NCBI GenBank assembly: GCA_054661495.1
Contig: BAAFSQ010000288.1
Coordinates: forward strand, 1 to 12,660
Length of the DNA: 12,660 nt
Direction: 5' to 3'
From: Zygophlyctis sp. KS116
Taxonomy: Eukaryota; Fungi; Chytridiomycota
This document shows, one piece after another, positions 1 to 9,900 of this stretch (positions are counted from its first letter, which is position 1; the number at the start of each line of letters is the position of its first letter). Made by a program: the position numbers and the translations under genes. The notes under the pieces are model-generated. The model saw only the letters and a list, made by a program, of their open reading frames with translations. It was not told the DNA's origin and made no database searches.

Positions 1-69
1 AAAAAAAGGATTAAAGAAACTAAAACCTAACTCTGACTTAACATAAACACTAGATCCTTAACCTAGTAT

Positions 70-733
70 ATGACAATCTCTACTCTATATACTCTAAATC
101 ATTCGGATTATGTTTCAGATCTTGTATTTTCTAAAAATACTTTAATCACTGCTTGTAAAGACTGTAAAATATACATCTGGGATTATAAAAATCAAGAGAT
201 TTTATCAACTTTAAATCATTCAGATTGGGTCAGGAGTTTGGATTATTCAGATGAATTTAGTCTATTACTATCAGGATCTGGTCATGTATTCTAATTTTAC
301 TAAAATTTAGGATGTATTTTTATGGAATTTAAAGGATGAATCTAAAAAGTTTTCTGGTCATTCTCATATTGTAGAAACTGTTGTTTTTACAAGCTTTGAA
401 AAAGATTTTTCTTGTTTTGCTTCAGGTTCAAGAGATAAAAATATTCTTTTATGGAGATCAGATTCAAAATCTCCAATTAAATCTTTTGAAAGTTATGGTT
501 GGTTGAAAGAATTAAGATGGTGTTCAAATTTACTATTTTCTTTATCAGATGATGGAAAAGTAAATGTTTGGGATTTAGAAATTGGTAGAGTCAAGACATT
601 CTCAGAGGATCAGATTGGATTCAAGATTTTTTATTTTGATGTTTCTAGCATTGATTTTCAGGCGTCTTTTGGATCGTCTAGTGGAGAGTTTCAAGTTGTT
701 TTTCGCGTTTTTGACAATTTGCGTGTTTCTTGA
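70..733 (+). CDS. WD40-repeat protein, divergent LIS1/Pac1/NudF-like (about 212 aa, about 5 repeats); join(70..285,311..733)
   Basis: Removing the 25-nt phase-0 intron 286-310 (gtattc...actaaaatttag) joins ORF 70..294 to the frame of ORF 503..733. The product has WD40 units in the LIS1 order: HSDYVSDL..TACKDCKIYIWD, HSDWVRSL, GHSHIVETVVF, ASGSRDKNILLW, GWLKEL..SLSDDGKVNVWD. WD40 identity is secure; LIS1 affinity is motif recognition only. There is an in-frame TAG at 64-66 and no GT donor in 1-65. Confidence 0.8.
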
Positions 734-3700
734 TGGAGACAAACGTTCAAAATCTTGTATCCTTTCTTTATCTATTCATTAAAGAGCCAAAGAACCATGG
801 AAGAGATATAGGGAGTCTACTATCTGAAATAGAGAAATTGGAAAAGGGACAAGTACGCTAATAGTGTTTAAATGTAGGAAAGTGCCTTTGTAATGTCTAT
901 TAAAGAAAGAATTAAACAGATTGCATTTCCAATTATTGAGAAGGCAGAAAAAGATGGAATAAATTTAACAGCCCCAGAATTAACTGATCTGACTCTAAAC
1001 AATGTTAATTATGCCAAAGTTGTGGAAGATGCGCTGGTAGAAATTAAAAAGACGGTCGCAGATGCATTACTAGTTTTTGAATCTTCTCTGGATTTTAGTT
1101 CTATACAAGGGATCGTCCCTATTGAGCCATCTGAAAGATCGGAATCTACGTTTGAGTCTAGTCAAGTTGGTTCTTTATGTTTTGGTGATGATTTGGGGAT
1201 TGAAGATGCAAATGAAATTGCAAGAAATATTTCTCCTGGAAATTCAACAGAGATAAGATGGGCTGCATTCAAGGTATCCTGGATTTTATAATAGTGTAGA
1301 CGCTCTCAAGCTTTTCTTGTGCTGATTTATTATCAGAAGAACTATGGCCAATAAACAAGCATATTCTTAATTCTGCGATTTCTGATTCGGAAGAGAAAAT
1401 TTCACTAGGAGGACTCAAGTTATTAGGAAGATGTTTTATGAATGCGCCCATTCATATGACAATTGAAATATTTTTGATTTTATGCAATCAAATTCAAAAT
1501 TCTGAAATTTTTAAAAGTGAACAAGATTTGGAATTTTCAATGGAAAAGGATTCCGGACTTTTAAAGAGATTAAGATTGCTGAATCAGATGATGTTGGAGA
1601 TTCCAATGTTCTGGGTAAGGCTTCCGGATGGATTGCTGAAAGACTTTGTAGAAAGTACGTTTAAATTTCTGTGGAAAGCTGATAATCAACAAACTCCATT
1701 TTCTTTACTCTGCATGATTGATTTTGAGGCGAAATGGTTTGGAAAATGGTTCATATCTTGTTATGGAAGGAATCTAATTGTTCCGGCTTTCAAAGAATAT
1801 GATATTTCACAATCATTTACTCGTCGTCTTGTTCAGAATTTGGATAGGCAAATCAGTATTCTGCAAGTTGAAAGTGAGTATCACCCCTCTGCTGATTGTA
1901 TTGATGCGTTTTCAATTTCTTTTTTGGAATGTATCCATTTAATTACAATTTGTGGAAAGCTGTTATGTTTTTCACAGGGTAGACTGGTTTTTCCTCTCGA
2001 GACATCTATTAATAAGGGACTGATTAAGTCGCAACTTATCTCATGTTTTTTCAAAAATGATTCGAAAATATCACTTTCAATTAGTGGATGTTTAGAATTA
2101 ATGTTGAAATTAATGGTCGAATACCATATAATGTCAAAAGCTCTACCAGGTGGATCTTGTGATAACGACCATCCGAGTTTGAATAGAGCGATTTGTGATA
2201 TATTCAAGGATATTTCTTCAGCCACTCTAAGTACTAGACAAATCCTTTACAATGTAAGTTTGGCTCCAAATAATTTCAGTATGATTTTCTTCAAATAATT
2301 CGCAAGCCTATCTGCGATTTTCTTGCTGGTAAAAATGTCTCTACATTACCATATGTGGCTGAAACTCTCTCTCATATGGTCTCTCTTGATTCTGGAAGGA
2401 GATTTATAATAAGTTCGGCGATGGAAAATAGTGCTTCAAATATAATTAATGATGTTGTTTGTCTGGTAGCTAAATGCTTAAAAAGGAAAATGAATGGAAA
2501 TCAATTTTCACCAATAGATAGCTTCGTATATTTTTTAAGGCAGCTATATTCAAATTTTTATGGTTTGGAAATTCTTTGCGGCCAAAACCTGCATTTAGAA
2601 ATGGTTCGGTCCTTGAAGAATATAACGAGCAAAGAGTGGAGATCTGTGATTGTCGACAATTTACTAAATTTCGCGGGTACACCAAAAGGAGTTATTCTTC
2701 TCGATGAATCCGGTTTGATGAACGAGTGCGTTTTGCATTTATTTGAAAGATATCGCCAGAAGCTTCATGTAAGTAGATGTGAAAGATTCGGATATGGAGT
2801 TCTAGTATCTCAACTTGCCGTAACACGACCTGGGATGACTGCTCTTTTCAAAACCGGCATTTTTGGCTCATATTTACTGGAATTAAGATCAATTATTGAT
2901 AAAGAATGGCCTTTCGGAGAGCCACATCTTGCCAAGGATGATTACTCGATTCTAAAGCTAATTGATAATATTTTAAAAACTATTTTTTCATTCGAAGCAC
3001 TCTCAACCGTGCTACAGCTGGAGACGTCAGAAAATAGCGGCAGTCAGGAAGATTCATTGATACGAATGTTAAATGAATTGGTTATTGTTGATAAACCTGG
3101 TAAAAAAGAAGATCTAATGGATTATCACGAAGGACATTATGTAAATTCGAATGATTTCACTAAATCTTAGTTGGGATTACTTATTCTTAAGCACCTTACC
3201 GTATCATTAGATTCTTCACTATTGTTACAATCTGCATTTGGTTTTCGAGATTCACTTTTGAAGCAGCAAGAGCAATGCATTATGTTTCGCGATGAAAAAG
3301 CAAACTATGTTGTCGACGACTTATTTCTAATCCGAAACCTTATTCTTTGCTCGACTTTCATAATGGGGGGTCCAAGTGAACGATCACTCCCATCTCTCGA
3401 ATTATCAAAACAACCACCAATCTTTCAATGTCCAGTACCCAACGATTATATGCCAGATATTGACCATGATGCATACTTCAACATTAAGCATTCTTCCCAT
3501 CAGTCCTTTTCAGACTATCTGGATTCTATGGACCACTCATTATTTAATAAAGACAAATTAGTAGACTTGCAGGTATTTCTTAAATGTAATATAAATAGAA
3601 TCTCTTCAAGATATGTTTGGCAGAAACCAAAACTATTCCGATATCATTATGCCGAAAAATCCTATTGAATGCTAATCAAATTTTATCAATTTCTTTTCCT

Positions 3701-4365
3701 TTAAAAACAATCACTAGAAAGGTAATCATTTTAAATAAACTTTATAGACAATCAAACCAATGCATGATCACGACATTCAACATCTAGGTGGAATCCAATT
3801 TTTAAGATATGCGCTTCGTTTTTCTCCTTTTATAGATGATGAAAATTTCATTACAAATTTAAAAGCCCTATTTAAGGAATTCGAATGCCCTTCTGATCGA
3901 TTTGACTGGTTTATCGGACTATCATATTTAATCTTGAAAGGAAACGTTGATACTACTCGTAATTTTTTAGCAACTTTAGAGAAATTTCCAGACTTTTCTT
4001 CAAGAATCTGGTCCTTATTTTCAGAATCAGCCTTTAATACTTTATATACGCAATGTCATATTCTTGGAGGAATTTTAGAGGAAAAAGAACCAAGAATTAC
4101 CGCATTTACTCTTTCTGGAATTACCCCTTCACAATTTTCTTATCTTTGGTTTAGAGAATGTTTTTTCAATGTCTTGAATTTTGATGATATTTCTATATAT
4201 CTCTCTGGCTGTCTCCTCTTTGGCCCTAATTTTGCTGTTTATACCGCCGCCGAGTGTATATCTTTGTTGCTAAAGCAAGAATCAGTGTATCCAAGTATCC
4301 GATCTGTGTGTAATTTTAACTTTAGTGAATTGGACTCTTGGAACAGAATCATGAACCAGTTGTAG
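733..4365 (+). CDS. TBC1D32: Protein broad-minded (BROMI/TBC1D32) homologue, about 1157 aa; join(733..852,878..1273,1300..2253,2280..3140,3171..3572,3599..3721,3748..4365)
   Basis: Six phase-0 GT-AG introns (853-877, 1274-1299, 2254-2279, 3141-3170, 3573-3598, 3722-3747; 25-30 nt) give one continuous frame. BROMI-family motifs are recognisable: EIRWAAFKTL..DLLSEELW, DNLLNFAGTPKG, RFGYGVLVSQLA, GGPSERSLP, FDWF, and the C-terminal degenerate TBC segment AFTLSGITPSQFSYLWFRECFFNVL..CLLFGPNFAVY. The frame of exon 1 is open back to ATG 733. Confidence 0.88.
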
Positions 4366-4389
4366 TATAAGTATTTAGTATATTTTGAT

Positions 4390-4411
4390 CGCGAAAATTA
4401 CGCGAAAATTA
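4390..4411 (+). promoter_or_regulatory. Tandem 11-nt direct repeat CGCGAAAATTA x2 abutting the SEC1 start codon (SCB/E2F-like core CGCGAAA)
   Basis: Perfect copies at 4390-4400 and 4401-4411 inside a 45-nt spacer. The repeat is seen directly; regulatory function is inferred. Confidence 0.5.
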
Positions 4412-6903
4412 TGAATTTATTGAAGCCAAACTTGACAAATCTTCTTCAGGAGCTACAAAATGAGCATTTTTCAGTCTTAATTGTTGATAATACTAGTTTG
4501 AAGTTATTAAACTCTGTGTTTAAAATGTCTGAAATCCTACTGCATAACATTTCTGGTAATTTTAAGTTTTTAATCGCAGAGGTTTTGCTCGTCTCAAACT
4601 TTTCTAATAAATCGTTTGCTCGTGGATCATCAGCTATTTTTCTCCTCTCGCCGACGTATGAATCGGTCGATGATTTAGTTGGGAATTGGAAGGAGGATAT
4701 TAGAGCTGATGCTCATATTTTGTTTACGGCAGAGATTCCTGATAATTTGTTTTCTAGGATCAAGGAATCAAAGATTTCTTTAAATTTGAAAACTCTAAAA
4801 GAGCTTCAATTGAATTTTTTACCAGTAGATTCACTATCGTTTACTTTGGATTCTGTTGATTCAGTTTTTAATATGTATAACCCATCGTCACCGTCATTTT
4901 TAGATTTTGAAATGGAAAATATAGCTAATCGTGTAAGAAAAAAATTACTAACTAAAAGATTAAAAATGTAATGGCAATGCTAGGAGAATATCCTTATATA
5001 AGATTTCAAGCTCCAATTCATAATCAGCCTTCTGGAATGTTACCTGAACATTTGGCACTTAAAATACAGGCTGCATTAGATAGGTTGTCTAGAAATGACT
5101 CTTCATATCCACCAGTGTCTTTAGTACAGAGGGGTGTGTTGATGGTTTTAGAGAGAGGGGTGGATATTGTTTCAACGCTATTACATGAATTTACTTATCA
5201 AGCTTTAATTGCAGATGTATTGGAGATAACAGATCGTGTTAAAGATGAAAATGGGAAGGATAATGTTTTGGATGAAAGTGATGTGGTTTGGGTATCTAGA
5301 TTATTATAAATTCTTTTAGAAAGAAAATAGGCATAAACATGTTGCAAAAGTTATTGAATATCTGAATTCAGGAGTAAAGGACAATCTTTCGCAGAATAAA
5401 GCTGGAAAATTTGAGAAAAATGTGGATTCAAAGTATTTTTTTTTAAAATTTATAATACAGGTCTTTAGATAAGATTCAAGACCTTAAAGATGCTATTTCA
5501 GCACTTCCGGAATATCAGGAACTAAAGGCAAAGGTATATTTGACATTTAAATTATATCTAGCTCTCACTTCATACTGAACTATGTCGGAGGGCAATGCAA
5601 GTTTATTCCTCTGGTAATTTAGAACTTTTATCAGAATTTGAACAAGTATGATTTTATATCAATAATTACAAGGATCTTGTATTGTTTGATTTTTCATCCT
5701 CAAGAATTGCAAAAGATTTGTATAAGAGGCTGCTTTCTATTTTGGATAATCCAGATATACAGTAAGAATAGTCTAGCTGACAATAGGCACATTGATAAAT
5801 TCCGCTTGGTTCTCTTATACTTTAGCTCTGTTCAAGGTACTACAGACAGCGAAAGACATACGCTGATTGATCGGGGTAGATTCTCATTGGAAGAAACCCA
5901 GGCGATTACGAATTTGTGTATTTTTGGAGTCAAATTAGGAGTCAGTCATCGAAATTCCGAAATCATTGTGAGTTTTTGCGCTTTGATAAATCTAGAATCT
6001 ATATTCCTTACAATCTATTGCTTCACGCGCTCCTTCAACACATGAATTTGCAAACTCTAGGTTTTTGCCAACTTTAAACTATATAATCAGGGATCAGCTG
6101 GCTCACAAACTACCTTATGAATCCTTTACTTGGGTGGTAATTTTTTCTGAAGAAGATTAACTTTTAGAAAGAGCCTCCTCCTGATTATGAAAGGCCCGCT
6201 ACTTGGGCCGGGTCAGGATCAAATATTTCAACGACGAGGATGAAACCATCCTGGGCAACCAAAAAAACTCAATCACAAGCACCAACAGAATCAGACTCAT
6301 CCAAAAAACTTTCTGGCCCAAGACTTATAATTTTTATAATGGGTGGAATGACCTATTCAGAGATGCGCTCTTGCCATCAAATTGCCCAGGAGTTAGGTCG
6401 GGAAATTATAATCGGTATTTTTAGCAACTAGCATAATCTTTTTAGGATCAACGCATATTTTAACTCCAGAAGTATCAATGAATGTTCTTAAAGACTTACA
6501 CAATCCCGCAGGAAAGAGGAATCCTTTTTCATCCAATTCTTTTGTTCCTAAATCGAGCCGGATTGATCCAGATAGAAAAGGCAGCTCATCAAAAACAAGA
6601 GTTTCTAGTCCGTTGCCATCCGAGAGGCCCCGTTTCCAAGCCCCAGAGCGATCCACATCAATCAGATCTGGACCTCCGGGGTCTATTCATAATAGTAGAA
6701 GTGGTGGAGAAGCACGATATACTCCTGAAATATCAAGCAGGAAAGACTCTCATCAAAAATTTGCCAAAGGTCCTTCTGAATCATCACAATCTTCATTGAA
6801 TGCAAAGGAATCTGGAGATTCTCGCATTTATGACCGTAAAAATCAGTCTGGAAGTCAATCTAGTGCATCATCCAATAGCTGGTGGAAATTAAAAAAGAAA
6901 TAG
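4411..6903 (+). CDS. SEC1: Sec1/Munc18 (SM) family syntaxin-binding protein, about 738 aa; join(4411..4555,4580..4932,4959..5291,5320..5432,5461..5533,5562..5645,5673..5761,5787..5967,5996..6136,6168..6414,6446..6903)
   Basis: Ten introns of 24-31 nt restore one frame. SM motifs: VLIVD, AIFLLSPT, LKELQLNFLP, LGEYPYIRF, LERGVDIVSTLLHEFTYQA, LDESDVVW..RHKH, LPEYQE..LSLH, DKFRLVLLY, PRLIIFIMGGMTYSEMRS, EIIIGSTHILTP. The Ser-rich C-terminal tail resembles fungal Sec1. Confidence 0.92.
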
Positions 6904-6943
6904 AAGAATTATTGTGCATTATTATCATTGACCGATTTCCTTA

Positions 6944-6975
6944 AATTTCCGTCATAGAAACGTAAAACGGAAATT
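6944..6975. repeat. 9-bp inverted repeat AATTTCCGT-N14-ACGGAAATT immediately upstream of the PPP4R4-like ATG
   Basis: Arms at 6944-6952 and 6967-6975 are exact reverse complements; the ATG is at 6978. Confidence 0.55.
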
Positions 6976-6977
6976 AA

Positions 6978-9900
6978 ATGGCTTCTGAGATAGACTGGGA
7001 GTTTGGTCTTGGGTTGCCTAAAGAGGCATTAGAAGATGATATTAAGGGAATGGATGAATTAAGTCTTTCAAATAAATTGCTCAAGGTATGTTTTGTCCGA
7101 AAATGTGATGATCATCTAGACTGATGATGAAATTCAAAGATTTACGATCGATGAAACTCTTGATGATATTTCAAAGGCTGTATATTTATTAAAGTAGGCT
7201 GAATTTTTAACTGAAAGATATGGGGCTCCTGTCCAAAAATTCAGTGTATTAAATTCGTTGGAGGGTTTAATGAAAGATCGTCCGGACAATACACAATCAA
7301 AAGTTTTGATTCAGCTATATGTAATTATTTTAATGATGTCTAATTAATTTTAGGATGTTATTCCCTCTAGTCCAATTGAATTTCAATTAGCAGCTGGTCG
7401 CATGTTAAAGGAAATTCTAGATAAGAATCTCCTCAAAGAGGCTTCTGCACTATTTAACTTAGCCAGGAAACTGTTTGATAGTAAATATGGAGATGTTAGT
7501 GCTGTATGGAGTGAAGTGATTATATCAGCAATCAAACTGCTTCCACTCGACCTTATTTTGAATGAAATTTTACCTTGGGCAATGACAGCTAGTGGATTAG
7601 CTCAGCCTTCAGAGCTAAGAATCTGGTGCTGTCAATTATTAGGCGCAATGTCACCTTATTTAGGCAAAAAAAAGTAATGGCAAAATTCATTTAACTGAAA
7701 GAATTGAAGAGACTATTTTGAGAAAGGCAATTTGTTTATGTCAAGATACTGATTATGAAGTCAGATCAGCTATGTCTGATCAGCTTAATATCATTTCGCG
7801 GGCAGTTGGGTAAGCAAAAAAAATCTTACATGATAATAGAATTGTAGATATGAAAAAGGAGATTTTAAAAGAGTATCAGGAGCTTATTTCTGATGAGCAT
7901 CATTTGGTCAAAGAGCGTGCAATGATAAACCTCTTGAATTTGCTAGACTTTTTAGATACTGGTAATTTACCTAATTTATAATTTCCAATTAGAAACTAAA
8001 ATTTCTTTTGCCATTCCTGCTTTCAAAAGTCATTGTGATATATCGAATTCGCTCTTTCCAGTAGTATTAAAAGAATTTGGTAGCTTTATTTGGAATACGA
8101 AGGGTACAATGACCGTATTTATAATTTTTTTAGAATGCATTGCTGATTCCGATCTTAAAATTCTTATGCAGTTTTATTTCAATATGGCCACCGGTAACAA
8201 TTTTGAAAATCGAAGAAAATGTGCATATAACTTTCCTGTATGTCACAAGTCAATTGATTTTAGGGTGTTTTGAAAGCATTGGGGCCTTCGAATTTCGAAA
8301 TATATCGGCTGAATTCGATTCTGCAATCCTTTTCAGAAGACGAGAATGTTGAAGTCAGAAAGATTCTGGCAGCGTCGCTGCATGAGGTATGCTTAAACAT
8401 ATGTTAATTTGGAAGATAGCCAAAATTCTTGGGAAGCCATCAATAATTATAATCCGCACAATCTTTACAAAATTACTCTCAGATGAAGAGATAGATGTTT
8501 TACAGATATCATTTAGGAATACGACAGCAATACTTGACCAGATTTATTTAGACGAATCTCAAAAAAAGGTACGATTTCCCTCTTGATCAATTAGCCTATT
8601 GATGAAATACTCCTGTTTATATTGAGGAAAGAAAGAGAGCTAGCCACATTATTTAGAAATAGTTGGAGAGTACACTATCAGCTCTTAGAAAACTATGAGA
8701 AATTTCCACTATACTTTGATTCGGATCAGTTAAATGACAGAGTTGTGCCTATTCTATACAAAATATTATTTGAAGTAATTAATCCACTGGAATTAATCTC
8801 AAGAATGTGGTAATTCCTATAAAACAGGTTGCTATTCAATCATTATGCTTTTACCTTCGTTCGCTAAAAAGAGTTGATCAAAGAGATAATATTCTCAGGA
8901 ACTTGATAGGTTAGTTGAATTATTTATTTGAAATGCACAGAACTAAAGGAAGCAGAGAACTATCATACTCGAATGCTTTTTTTTGATATGGCAGAAACGA
9001 TCCTCTCTAAATTTTCGAAGAAATACTTTCGAGATAATATTTTACATGAATATTTGGAAATGTCTCATGATCCAGTTCCAAATATTCGGTTAAGATTTGT
9101 CTCAATTCTACCTTTGGTTCGAAAAACGTTAAGAATGCCCCAGGATACCAATATGTTACAAAAAATTGCAGACGTTACCGAGCCACTTTTGACAAGGGAT
9201 TTGGACAGCGATGTTGTTCTAATGGCAGGAGAAGTTTTTGCTGAATTAGGATTATTTGGATCTAGAGCGGGAGCCGACACCGCCTCAAGTCAAAGCAGCC
9301 ATTACAAAGCGGTAGTCAGTTCAAATGAAAGCATAACAGATAAATATCTTGCTCATCATATTCCTCCCCCAGATGAGTCACTTGATAAACAAAAAGAGGA
9401 GGAAGAGCATGCAATTTTGGTCAAGGAGTGGACTTCTGAGGATCATCGACGTAAATGTACAAATATATATAAATGATAATTTATTAGTTGAAAAGGGTAG
9501 AACTAACTCTATTAAGATAAACAACAGAGAATCACCAAGAAAAAGTGATTTGTCTAGAAAGAAGAGCCTTCCAGCCGAATCTGGGTCTCTGAAAAAAGGA
9601 GGATCTCCGACAAACTCAATCACAAAGATCTCTTTGAAATCAGGCAAGGGAATAATTGGTCAGATACAGACTGAAAAATCTGCTCCAGAAAGCCCAATAT
9701 TGAAAAGAGTGTCTCCTACAAGCTCTAATACAAAAATATCTACGAAATCCGGCAGGGCATCAATCGTACAGTCTGATAAATCAATACCTGGAAGTCCCAC
9801 AGCAGCAAAATCATGGAAATCATCATCGATGGCTAATTACAAGATAGGGACATCTCAAAATGTTTTAAGCAGTCCTCGCACCAGTGCAAGTGGCGTCCAT

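Noticed and set aside
91-230. Direct repeat actctaaatcattcggatta / actttaaatcattcagattg, 117 nt apart
   Set aside because: Explained by adjacent WD40 units (TLNHSDY / TLNHSDW); not a CRISPR array or mobile-element repeat.
725-740. RFX X-box-like imperfect palindrome GTTTCT-TGAT-GGAGAC over the BROMI start, and a half site CATAGAAAC at 6953-6961
   Set aside because: The 4-nt spacer is longer than in canonical X-boxes, the site is constrained by two coding frames, and RFX control of ciliary genes is not established in fungi.
582-782. 66-aa hydrophobic ORF spanning the WD40/BROMI junction, and ORF 3376-3561
   Set aside because: Non-ATG starts in a eukaryote, fully overlapping supported exons in another frame.
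1269-2685. Antisense ORFs 1269-1451, 1881-2225 and 2470-2685
   Set aside because: Shadow frames of the BROMI coding sequence with no recognisable motifs.
6203-9647. Alternative-frame or antisense ORFs 6203-6424, 6393-6656, 6482-6799, 8140-8352, 9065-9280 and 9378-9647
   Set aside because: They overlap well-supported SEC1 or PPP4R4-like exons in other frames and have no independent support.
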